From Gammaproteobacteria bacterium (GTDB taxonomy: Bacteria; Pseudomonadota; Gammaproteobacteria; Xanthomonadales; Wenzhouxiangellaceae): a DNA stretch of 58,324 nucleotides. Positions 10,429 through 18,923 of the stretch are shown here, piece by piece. Where the stretch lies: assembly GCA_003560975.1 (NCBI GenBank), contig PWJA01000017.1:1-58324 (forward strand), given 5' to 3'. Both the position numbers and the translations under genes were made by a program. Each line of letters starts with the position of its first letter. The first letter of the stretch is position 1. The notes under the pieces are model-generated. The model ran no database searches, had not been told where the DNA came from, and saw only the letters and a list, made by a program, of their open reading frames with translations.

Positions 10429-11229
10429 ATGATTGACGACTGGCAACATCTCACCTCTCCGGAACTGGCCGAACGGACCGGGCCGGACGTGCTGGCGGTG
10501 ATGGCGTTGGGGGCCATCGAACAACACGGTCCGCATTTGCCGCTGTCGACCGATCTGGACATCGCCATGGGCCTGCAGGCGGCCGCCTTGGCGCGGCTGG
10601 ATACCGACCTGAAGGTTCTCGTGTTGCCGCCCATGGCGCTGGGGGCCAGCCAGGAACACGCCGGCTTTGCCGGTACGCTTTCGCTGACCTCCGAGCAGAT
10701 GAGCGCGCAATTGCGCGCGCTCGGCGCCAGCCTGGCCGCGGCCGGGATGCGACGCCTGGTCCTGATCAACGCCCACGGCGGCAACATCGGCTGGCTGGGC
10801 CCGGCCGCGCTGGATCTTCGGGTTCGCTACGGAATGCTGGTGGTCAAGGCCAACTACATGTTGCTGCGCCCGCCGGCCCATGTGCTGGCGGCCGAGGAGT
10901 TGCGCCACGGCCTGCACGGCGGGCAGGCCGAGACGGCAATGATGCTGCATCTGCACCCGGAACGGGTCCGGAGCGGGCGGCTGGATCACTTTCGTTCCTG
11001 CGCCGAGGAGCTTCCGGACACCGCCTTGCTGGGCCCCGAGGGAGAGGCCGCCTGGGCCTGGCGGGCCGAAGACCTCAACCCGCAAGGAGTCGTTGGCGAT
11101 GCCCGCGGGGCGAGTGCGGAAATGGGGCGTGATCTGGTGGACTACTACGCCGACCGGCTGGCCCGGATCATGCGCGAGGCCGCTGGAATGAACCTGGACG
11201 GATTCGCGGCCGAGTCGACTATTTTCTGA
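10429..11229 (+). CDS. Creatininase family amidohydrolase
   Basis: GAIEQHGPHLPLSTD, NAHGGN, HGGQAETA motifs. Confidence 0.92.
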   Translation: MIDDWQHLTSPELAERTGPDVLAVMALGAIEQHGPHLPLSTDLDIAMGLQAAALARLDTDLKVLVLPPMALGASQEHAGFAGTLSLTSEQMSAQLRALGASLAAAGMRRLVLINAHGGNIGWLGPAALDLRVRYGMLVVKANYMLLRPPAHVLAAEELRHGLHGGQAETAMMLHLHPERVRSGRLDHFRSCAEELPDTALLGPEGEAAWAWRAEDLNPQGVVGDARGASAEMGRDLVDYYADRLARIMREAAGMNLDGFAAESTIF

Positions 11230-12352
11230 CCAGCGCCTCGTCCAGCCAGTGACCGGAGCGCGCCGCCTTGGCGGTCAGGTAGCGGCGGTTCTCGTCGGTC
11301 ACCCGGCCAAACAGCTTCTCGCGACCGGCGATCTCGATGCCGCCATCGGCAAGCGCCCGGATCTTGTCCGGGTTGTTGGTCAGCAGACGCACCCGCCGGA
11401 TCTTCAGGGCGGCGAGCATGTCCACGGCCACGCGGTAGCGGCGTTCGTCCTCTCCGAACCCAAGAATCTGGTCGGCTTCGACCGTGTCGTGACCCTGATC
11501 CTGCAGGGTGTAGGCGCGCAGCTTGTTGGCCAGGCCGATGCCGCGTCCTTCCTGGGCGAGGTAGAGGAGCACGCCGCCACCCATTTCGTCGATCGTGCGC
11601 ACGCCCGAGCGCAGCTGTTCGCCGCAGTCGCAGCGCAGGCTGCCGAACAGGTCGCCGGTAAGGCAGGCCGAGTGCAGTCGGACCGGCACATCCTCGGGCC
11701 AGCGATCGGGTGCACCGATCAAAACGGCGACATGTTCGCGCAGGCCGTCGGGTTCTCGAAACAGCACGAAGTGGGCCTCGCTGACTTCGGCCAGGGGGAC
11801 GCGCGCATCGCTGATCCTCTTCAGCAGCCCGGCGCCAAGATCGAAGCAGTGCTCGGCCTCGCGCGCGGGCACGGCCAGCAGTTCGGCGCGATCCACCTGG
11901 GTCTGGAACGCCCGCCGCTGGCGCTCGTCCAGGGTGATGGTCAGGGCTGCGGGCAGGAGCAACGCCCGCCGCATCAGCGCCAGCGCCGCGCGCTCGGGTG
12001 TGGTCGCCGGGCGGGCATCGCCGAACAGGTTCGCAGCCGGCGCGCCGTTTCCGCAGGCGGCTTCGACCACATCGCTGGCTCTGAGCTGGCCGCGTCCGCT
12101 CTGGAACGGCAGGCAGGCGGCCTCGGCGCGAACGGTCACGCCCAGGCGGGCAAGGCGATGACGGCTGACCACCAGGCCGCACGCCGGGGTCGATGCCGAG
12201 CCGTTCGGCAGATCGGAATCGTTCAGGCCTTCGATCGGCTGCACGAGAACGCTGGTGCCCTTTTCGTCATCAACGATCACCGCGACCCCGCGGCGCAGGT
12301 CGAATATTGCCCTCTCGATCTGTTGCATGTGCTGTGCCCGTAAAACAAACAC
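11219..12352 (-). CDS. ribA: GTP cyclohydrolase II with degenerate N-terminal RibB-like region
   Basis: RLHSACLTGDLFGSLRCDCG, QEGRGIGLANKLRAY, LLTNNPDK, KAARSGH; alternative start ATG 12328. Confidence 0.92.
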   Translation of the reverse strand: MFVLRAQHMQQIERAIFDLRRGVAVIVDDEKGTSVLVQPIEGLNDSDLPNGSASTPACGLVVSRHRLARLGVTVRAEAACLPFQSGRGQLRASDVVEAACGNGAPAANLFGDARPATTPERAALALMRRALLLPAALTITLDERQRRAFQTQVDRAELLAVPAREAEHCFDLGAGLLKRISDARVPLAEVSEAHFVLFREPDGLREHVAVLIGAPDRWPEDVPVRLHSACLTGDLFGSLRCDCGEQLRSGVRTIDEMGGGVLLYLAQEGRGIGLANKLRAYTLQDQGHDTVEADQILGFGEDERRYRVAVDMLAALKIRRVRLLTNNPDKIRALADGGIEIAGREKLFGRVTDENRRYLTAKAARSGHWLDEALVRK

Positions 12353-12423
12353 CTGTTACGGTAATGTGACCGCAGGCGTCGGGGTGTGAATGTCGCAGTG
12401 ACCAAGCGCAGGAGTCCAAGCGT

Positions 12424-13257
12424 ATGCCAGTCAGCCAACCCGTCTGGGACCTGATCCTCGCCGTTCACGCGTTCGACTGGTCCGACCGTGTCGAACAGGT
12501 GTTCCGGCTCGCTGATTCGGGAATCACGGTACGGCGGGGCGGCAGCTGGGTGGCCGACGCCGCGCTCTGCGAGGCGGACCGGGATCTGCTCGATGCCCTC
12601 CTGCCCCTGGCCGCCTGTCGCGGCCGGCTCGCCATCGCCCAGCTTGGTCAGAGTCTGGACGGCAGGATTGCAACGGAGACCGGCGATTCCTGGTACATCA
12701 ATGGCCAGGAGGCGCGCACCCATCTGCATCGCCTGCGAGCGCTCGTCGACGCCGTGCTCGTCGGTGCCGGCACGGCCGCGCAGGACCGACCCAGGCTGAC
12801 CGTGCGCCACGCGACCGGATCCGATCCGGTGCCGGTCATCCTCGACCCGCGCGGTCGCGTCGAACCGGGCGGGCCGCTGTTTGAAGGCCGCCGCCACGCG
12901 CCCCCAACCCTGCACCTGGTCGGCGAGGGCGTGCGCCTGCCCAGGCCGCCGTCCGGCGTGGAGCGGATCTTCGTTTCGTCCAGCGGCGGGGAGGTGGCGC
13001 CGCAGGAGGTTCTGGACCGGCTGGCCGAGCGGGGGCTGGAGCGCGTTCTCGTCGAGGGCGGCGGAGTGACCGTGTCTCGCTTCGTCGCCGCCGACAGCCT
13101 CGACCGACTGCACCTGCTCATTGCTCCCCTGCTCATCGGCTCGGGGCGACCCGGCCTGACGCTGCCGCCGATCGAGCGCTTGAGCGACGCCCGCCGTCCG
13201 CCGATCCGGAGTTTTCGGCTTGCCGATGAGCTACTGGTTGACGTGTGCTTTCGCTGA
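12424..13257 (+). CDS. RibD C-terminal (reductase-only) family protein
   Basis: QLGQSLDGRIA, HRLRALVDAVLVGAGT, DRPRLTVR, LVEGGG; no HAE..PC..C deaminase motif. Confidence 0.9.
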   Translation: MPVSQPVWDLILAVHAFDWSDRVEQVFRLADSGITVRRGGSWVADAALCEADRDLLDALLPLAACRGRLAIAQLGQSLDGRIATETGDSWYINGQEARTHLHRLRALVDAVLVGAGTAAQDRPRLTVRHATGSDPVPVILDPRGRVEPGGPLFEGRRHAPPTLHLVGEGVRLPRPPSGVERIFVSSSGGEVAPQEVLDRLAERGLERVLVEGGGVTVSRFVAADSLDRLHLLIAPLLIGSGRPGLTLPPIERLSDARRPPIRSFRLADELLVDVCFR

Positions 13258-14148
13258 CCAACCGAAGGCCAGCACCGCTGCCCCGGGCAGGCTGGCCAGC
13301 AGGACGGTTACGCCATAGGCCAGGGATGCGGCCACGCCCTGTTCAGGCGCCAGCCCGCCGGCCAGCCAGACCGCCGCCGCCGCCCCTTCGCGGAATCCCC
13401 AGCCGGCGACGGTCAGCGGAACCAGCATGGCCAGCAGCACCGGAAGCGCCATCAGCATCAGTGCGACAAGCGGCAGTTCGACACCGATTGCGCGCGCGCA
13501 GGCGGCAAAAACCAGCAGGTAGCTGAACACGATCAGAAGCGAGCTGCCCAGCTGCCGCGGCCAGGCGTCCCGGGCCAGCAGGGCGCGGGCGACGTCGCGC
13601 CGGAGGATGGCCAGCAGCGGCTGCCAGCGCGCCCGCAGGATGACGATCATGGCAGCGAGCACCGCCAGCCCCAGCCCCAGCGGCCAGGGCGCTCCGCCGT
13701 GCGGGGCGGCCAGCAAGGTTTCACGCCATGGTCGGTAGGTCACCAGGGCCAGGCCGGCCAGGCCGAGCACGACCAGCTGACCGGAGGCCCGCTCCAGAAT
13801 CACCGCACGCCAGGCCGGGCCGCTGTGGCCGCTGGCGCGGGCATGACGCTGCGCACGCCAGGCATCGCCGAGCACCCCGCCCGGCACGACCTGGTTGATG
13901 AACCCGGCCAGGTAATAGTCGGCCAGCGCGGTTCGCGTTTCCAGGCTCAGCCCGAGGCGGCCGGCAGTGAAGCGCCAGCGCCATGCCGATAGCGCGGTCT
14001 GGGCGGTGGCGACAAGCAGCGCCAGGCCCAGCCAGCCGGGTTCGAAGCGCGTGATCTCGGCCGCGATACGCTCCGGTTCCAGCCAGGTCAGCAGCGCAGT
14101 CAGCACCGTCAGGCTGATGACCCAGCGCAGCCATGGGCGCGCCCTCAT
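13231..14148 (-). CDS. Lysylphosphatidylglycerol-synthase TM (flippase-like, YbhN/UPF0104) membrane protein
   Basis: SAWRWR, FINQVVPGGVLGDAWRA, VILER, PLTVAGWGFREG; multi-TM. Confidence 0.88.
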   Translation of the reverse strand: MRARPWLRWVISLTVLTALLTWLEPERIAAEITRFEPGWLGLALLVATAQTALSAWRWRFTAGRLGLSLETRTALADYYLAGFINQVVPGGVLGDAWRAQRHARASGHSGPAWRAVILERASGQLVVLGLAGLALVTYRPWRETLLAAPHGGAPWPLGLGLAVLAAMIVILRARWQPLLAILRRDVARALLARDAWPRQLGSSLLIVFSYLLVFAACARAIGVELPLVALMLMALPVLLAMLVPLTVAGWGFREGAAAAVWLAGGLAPEQGVAASLAYGVTVLLASLPGAAVLAFGWSAKAHVNQ

Positions 14149-14993
14149 GCGACCGGCAGCGCCAGTACGTCGACGTGTCCGACCTCCAGCCCCAGCTGCC
14201 CGAGGTCCAGCCTGGCGCGGCGCCGCTCGTGCCAGTGCCGGATGCGGTCGCTCTGGTCCGGTCTCTGCTCGTCGGCGGCCTGGCGCCAGCCGTCCAGCAG
14301 CATGCCGCCCAGGGCTCGGGTCGATGCCGATCCGGCGGGCAGAACCCAGTCGCTGGTCCGGGTCGTGACGGAAAAACCGTGCGCGGTCAGGATGCGCGGC
14401 AGTGCCTCTGCGGCCTGCGCCCCCAGGGCCGCACCGAGGCCCTTGTCGCGGCGCTGGTGAGCGTTGAAGCTGCTGCGGACGAACGCGTCGTCGCTGTCCT
14501 GGTCGCGGTCACCGCGCGCGTCGACAAATCGCCAGCGCCCGTCCACGCTCAGGGCGAACAGGCCGGCAATTCGGGCTGCGGCGCAGGCCTCGGCCAGGTG
14601 TTCGATCCAGTCGGCCGAGACCAGGTCGAACCAGGCCGAGGCGGTCACCAGCGCGGCGTCCATTAGCCAGGGGAAATCCGACCGGGCGAGGTCGGCCTCG
14701 ATGGTTTCGATCTCGAGGATCCGGGCCGGCGGGTCACGGCGGGCGTGCTCGCGAGCCGCGCGCAGCAGGCGCGGGTCGCGGTCAATCAAGCGCCAGTGTT
14801 GGGGCCGCTGCAGGCGTGGGGCGAGCCAGCGCAGGTTGCTGCCGTGACCGGCGCCCAGGTCGATGACGTTCAGCGGGTTGGAAGCGGGCAGCGCTGCGAT
14901 CAGCGGTTCCAGCAGCGCTTCCGAGCGAGCCGCGTGATCGGCCGGCTCGCGCCGGCTGAGCCAGTCGCTGCTGAATTCATGATCGGGACTCAT
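14145..14993 (-). CDS. Class I SAM-dependent methyltransferase-like protein
   Basis: FSSDWLSRREPADHAARS, IDLGAGHGSNLR, LVTASAWFDLVS, FNAHQRRDKG. ATG 14993 overlaps the GT4 stop (trimmed from ORF 15686). Confidence 0.85.
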   Translation of the reverse strand: MSPDHEFSSDWLSRREPADHAARSEALLEPLIAALPASNPLNVIDLGAGHGSNLRWLAPRLQRPQHWRLIDRDPRLLRAAREHARRDPPARILEIETIEADLARSDFPWLMDAALVTASAWFDLVSADWIEHLAEACAAARIAGLFALSVDGRWRFVDARGDRDQDSDDAFVRSSFNAHQRRDKGLGAALGAQAAEALPRILTAHGFSVTTRTSDWVLPAGSASTRALGGMLLDGWRQAADEQRPDQSDRIRHWHERRRARLDLGQLGLEVGHVDVLALPVA

Positions 14994-16060
14994 CGCTGCT
15001 CCAGTACTTGCGCAAAGCGCCGGGCGCTGTCGGTCCACGAGGGCAAGCGCCCGCGCCAGGTCGCCGCGCCCTCGGTCAGCGCCCGTCTGAGCTGCGGCTC
15101 GTCCAGCCACCGGCTCAGGGCCCGGCGTAGGGCTTTGTGGTCGTTCGGCGGGATCTTCAGACCGGCCCCGTCGGGCAGGGTATCGGCGAGTGCACCGCCG
15201 GTGGTGGAGATCACCGGCAGCCCGCGCGCCAGCGCTTCGGTGATGACCATCCCGTAGCCCTCGTAGCGCGAGGGCAGAACACAGACCGTGGCCCAGGCGT
15301 AATCGGCTTCCAGCGCGGCCGGTTCGCGCTCGCCGGGCAGCTCGACCCGCGGTTCCAGTTCCAGGCAGCGGCGCTGTTGTTCGATCCGCCGGGCAAAGGC
15401 CGGATCGCGCCGGGTCGAGCCGCTCAAGCGGGCGCACCAGCCCGTCGATTCCAGCCCGGCCAGGGCGGCGAGCAGGAGGTCCTGGCCCTTGCGCGGGGTC
15501 AGGCTGGCCACGCACAGCAGATGTTCCCGTGCGGGCTCCGGGTGGCCGTCCAGGCGCGCCTTTACCGCCGGCGCCAATTCGGCCGGCGCGACTCCGGGTT
15601 CGACGACGAAGGCTTTGCGCCGGCTCAAACCCAGGACCTGGAGACGGCGCGCGGTGAAGGGGCTGGTGACGATGATGCGTCGGCACAGCGCGAGCGCCCG
15701 TCGTTCCGAATCCAGCAGCCGCTGCCGTGCGTGCTCGTCCAGGCCGGTCTCGTCGGCCAGGGGATGATGGACGAGCGCGCTCAGGTCCAGCCGTCGGGCG
15801 TGGGGCAGCACCGCCGCGGGCACCGCGCCCAGGGCCAGGCCGTCGATGACGACGGCGTCGCCGTCGTCGAGCCCCTCCAGAGCAGCCGCCATCGCTCCGG
15901 CGGCAACGTCATCGGCCAGCGGAAACTCGCCGGCAAGACCGACCACCCGCACCTGCCAGCCGCGGGCGCGCAGTTCCTGCGTGATGCGGCGGTCGTACAG
16001 GTAGCCGCCGGTGCGCTGCTCCGGATCGCCGGGAACGATCAGGGTGAGCGTCTGGCTCAA
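14990..16060 (-). CDS. Glycosyltransferase family 4
   Basis: [37 protein letters not shown] (EX7E motif). Confidence 0.92.
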   Translation of the reverse strand: MSQTLTLIVPGDPEQRTGGYLYDRRITQELRARGWQVRVVGLAGEFPLADDVAAGAMAAALEGLDDGDAVVIDGLALGAVPAAVLPHARRLDLSALVHHPLADETGLDEHARQRLLDSERRALALCRRIIVTSPFTARRLQVLGLSRRKAFVVEPGVAPAELAPAVKARLDGHPEPAREHLLCVASLTPRKGQDLLLAALAGLESTGWCARLSGSTRRDPAFARRIEQQRRCLELEPRVELPGEREPAALEADYAWATVCVLPSRYEGYGMVITEALARGLPVISTTGGALADTLPDGAGLKIPPNDHKALRRALSRWLDEPQLRRALTEGAATWRGRLPSWTDSARRFAQVLEQR

Positions 16061-16455
16061 AGCGCGCCTTCGAAGCTGGCCCAGGCGAGGTGAGATTCCT
16101 TGAGCGACACCTTCAACCCGCTCAGGCCCGTGGCCGCCGGCCCCAGCCGACCGTCGTGCACGGCCTGGGCGAGGCGGTCGAAAATCACTCTGGCCATGAA
16201 CTCGGTGGTGGTGTTGCGGCCGCGGAAGGCTTCGATTTCGTCGAGGTTGCGGTAGTTGTAGTCGGCCAGGATTTCGGCCAGAACCTGGCCGGCCAGGCCG
16301 ATATCGACGATCAGGTCGTCCTCGTCCAGGGCCTCGCGCCGGAAGCTGGCGTCGACCACGTAGGTCGCGCCGTGCAGCTTCTGCGCCGGGCCGAAGATCT
16401 CGCCGCGGAAGCTGTGGGCAATCATGAAGTGGTCGCGAACGGTCAGTTCATACAT
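16057..16455 (-). CDS. 6-pyruvoyl-tetrahydropterin synthase/QueD-like T-fold protein (PTPS-IV type)
   Basis: [36 protein letters not shown]; lacks the catalytic Cys of QueD; GAGGA RBS before ATG 16455. Confidence 0.88.
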   Translation of the reverse strand: MYELTVRDHFMIAHSFRGEIFGPAQKLHGATYVVDASFRREALDEDDLIVDIGLAGQVLAEILADYNYRNLDEIEAFRGRNTTTEFMARVIFDRLAQAVHDGRLGPAATGLSGLKVSLKESHLAWASFEGAL

Positions 16456-16491
16456 GGGCAATTCCTCAAGCCAGGAAACAGGCGGGTTGGT

Positions 16492-17463
16492 TCAGTACAC
16501 GATCCGATGGCAGAGCACGTCGCCGCCGGACGCGGCCAGCTGCGGCATCCGGGCGGGCAACTCCTCGAAGCGGCTTTCGCCGCTGATGAGGCAGTCCAGG
16601 CAGGGTTCGGCCAGCAGTTCCAGGGCCAGCGCAAGTCGCCGACGGTGGGTCCAGCGCGCGCGCCGCTCGGCCGGCAGCTGCCCGACCTGGCTGGAGCGCA
16701 GGTCGAGTCGGCGGGCGTGGAAGGCTTCCCCCAGCGGTACCGCCGGCGAGCGATCCCCGAACCAGCTGGCCTCGATCACGCGGGCTTCCATGCCGGCACA
16801 GGCCAGGGCCGTGGCCAGGCCGCCCGCGCTGGCGCTGGTGTGGACCACCACGTCCTGATCGGCCGGGGCAGCGTCCGGCTCGGCGAAAGCCACGCCCAGC
16901 GCCTCGGCGGTGGCCGCGCGCACCGGCTGCAGATCGACCAGGGTGACCCGCGTGCCGGGGATGCGCCCGGCCAGCCAGGCGACCAGGCAGCCGACCACCC
17001 CGGCGCCGATCACGCAGACCCGATCGCCCGGCGCGATGCCGGCATCCCAGACCACGTTCAGCGCCGTTTCGGCGTTGGCCGCCAGAACCGCGCGTTCGGG
17101 TGGCAAGGGTTCGGGCAGGGGCAGCACGGCCGAGGCCGGCACCACGTAGCGATCCTGGTGCGGATACAGGCAGAACACCGTTTGGCCGCACAGTTCGGCC
17201 GGACCCTGCTCGACCTCGCCCACGCTGGCATAGCCGTACTTGACCGGGCCGGGAAACTCGCCGGCCTGAAACGGGGCGCGCATGGTCTGGTACTGGCTGG
17301 GCGGTACGCCGCCGCGAAAGACCAGCGCCTCGGTGCCCCGGCTGATGCCGCTGAAGCGGGTCCGGATCCGGGCCTGGTCTGCGGCCGGATCGGCCAGAGT
17401 TTCGGTGCGCAGCTGGCCGCGTCCGGGCTCCATGACCCAGAAAGCCTGTGCCTGGAACGTCAT
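16492..17463 (-). CDS. Medium-chain dehydrogenase/reductase (Zn-ADH-like fold)
   Basis: SGISRGTE, GYASVG, VIGAGVVG Rossmann motif, FHARRL..SSQVG. Confidence 0.88.
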   Translation of the reverse strand: MTFQAQAFWVMEPGRGQLRTETLADPAADQARIRTRFSGISRGTEALVFRGGVPPSQYQTMRAPFQAGEFPGPVKYGYASVGEVEQGPAELCGQTVFCLYPHQDRYVVPASAVLPLPEPLPPERAVLAANAETALNVVWDAGIAPGDRVCVIGAGVVGCLVAWLAGRIPGTRVTLVDLQPVRAATAEALGVAFAEPDAAPADQDVVVHTSASAGGLATALACAGMEARVIEASWFGDRSPAVPLGEAFHARRLDLRSSQVGQLPAERRARWTHRRRLALALELLAEPCLDCLISGESRFEELPARMPQLAASGGDVLCHRIVY

Positions 17464-17564
17464 GCGGATTGCCCCGCAGGTTGGCAAGTCGAACCTCTCA
17501 TCGCCATAGGATTGTTGATGGACGGTGAGGTCGGCGTTGACGCCAATTTACAAGCTCTGCTGGC

Positions 17565-18338
17565 ATGGTAGCGGGTATGAGTCGGGAATCTGCCTTTCAT
17601 TCTGCGATAGTGCCACGACCGGTGTCCAAACCGATCGCCGCCTGGCTGTGGCCGGCAGCGGTTGTGCTGGCGGTCGCCTCGGGGCTGTTGCTGTTTGACG
17701 CGGAGTGGAAGATCCTGGCCGCTGCGTTGGCGGCGCATACCCTGTTGAGTGTCTGGGTGGCCGGTCTGCGGCGCCGACATGCGGCGCCGTTCGGGCCGGC
17801 AAGCCAGGTCACGCTGGTCCGCGCCGGGCTGGTTGCCGTCCTTGCCGTCGCCCTGATGCAGCCCGAGTGGTTCCGCGCCCACGCCTGGCTGATGGCAGCG
17901 CTGGCCTTATCCGTCCTGATTCTGGACGGCGTGGACGGCTGGCTGGCGCGTCGGCGGGCTGAGACCAGCACGTTCGGCGCCCGCTTCGACATGGAAGTCG
18001 ATGCGGCGCTGATTGCCGTGTTGTGCCTTGCCCTGGCGATCACCGGCAAGGCTGGGTTCTGGGTGCTGGCCATCGGCCTGATGCGCTATGCGTTCGTCGG
18101 CGCGGCCTGGATCTGGTCGTGGCTCGACGCACCCCTGCCGCCAAGTTTCCGGCGCAAGCTGGTCTGCGTCTGGCAGGTAGCGGCGCTGCTGGTCTGCCTG
18201 ACCCCGCTGGTCGGGGCTGCGACGACGACTCCCATTCTGGGGTCGGCGCTGGTCTTGCTGGCGGCCTCGTTCGCGATCGATGTCGCCTGGTTGCAGCGGC
18301 GGGCGGCTGATTCCCAATCACAAAAGGAGACGTCATGA
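17565..18338 (+). CDS. CDP-alcohol phosphatidyltransferase family protein
   Basis: LDGVDGWLARRR...FGARFDMEVD signature; multi-TM; start uncertain (17565, 17577 or later). Confidence 0.92.
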   Translation: MVAGMSRESAFHSAIVPRPVSKPIAAWLWPAAVVLAVASGLLLFDAEWKILAAALAAHTLLSVWVAGLRRRHAAPFGPASQVTLVRAGLVAVLAVALMQPEWFRAHAWLMAALALSVLILDGVDGWLARRRAETSTFGARFDMEVDAALIAVLCLALAITGKAGFWVLAIGLMRYAFVGAAWIWSWLDAPLPPSFRRKLVCVWQVAALLVCLTPLVGAATTTPILGSALVLLAASFAIDVAWLQRRAADSQSQKETS

Positions 18339-18919
18339 AACCCCTTGTCTGTGCAATCGTTACCGCGGGAATGTTCGCCGCGGGCCTGGCTCAGGCCGAG
18401 CCGCGCGAATTCAAGATCGACGAGGAACACTTTTCCGTCGGTTTCCTGGTCGACCACGTCGGCTTTGCCGATCAACTGGGCATGTTTCTGGAAGCCAGCG
18501 GCGAGTTCGTCTGGGACGAGGAAGCAAACGAGCTTCACGGCGGCCATGTCGTGGTCCAGGCCGACAGCGTGTTCACCAACCATGACCGCCGCGACCGCCA
18601 CGTGCGCAGCGGCGATTTTCTCAACGCACGGCGTCATTCGGACATCCGGTTCGAGGCCGGCGCCTGGGAACCGACCGATGATCATCGCGGAACCCTGCAC
18701 GGTGATCTGACGCTGCTCGGCCAGACCCATCCGGTGGCGCTGGACGTCACCATCAACCGCCGGGCCGATTATCCCTTCGGCCACGAGCGCTACACCGTGG
18801 GCATGTCGGTACGGACCACCATCGAGCGCAGCCAGTGGGGCATGACCTACGCCCTGGAAGACGGCCTGGTTGGCGACGAGGTCGAGCTGATCCTGGAGTT
18901 CGAGGCGCTCGCGCAGTAA
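18335..18919 (+). CDS. YceI family periplasmic lipid/polyisoprenoid-binding protein
   Basis: Signal peptide, IDEEHFSVGF, RDRHVRSGDFLN, GDLTLLGQTHPV, RSQWGM; AGGAG RBS; ATGA overlap with the upstream gene. Confidence 0.9.
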   Translation: MKPLVCAIVTAGMFAAGLAQAEPREFKIDEEHFSVGFLVDHVGFADQLGMFLEASGEFVWDEEANELHGGHVVVQADSVFTNHDRRDRHVRSGDFLNARRHSDIRFEAGAWEPTDDHRGTLHGDLTLLGQTHPVALDVTINRRADYPFGHERYTVGMSVRTTIERSQWGMTYALEDGLVGDEVELILEFEALAQ

Positions 18920-18923
18920 GCGA

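Noticed and set aside
12353-12423. FMN riboswitch or CRP site between ribA and the ribD-like gene
   Set aside because: The spacer is only ~70 bp with no RFN motif, and the TGTGA half-sites lack a correctly spaced partner.
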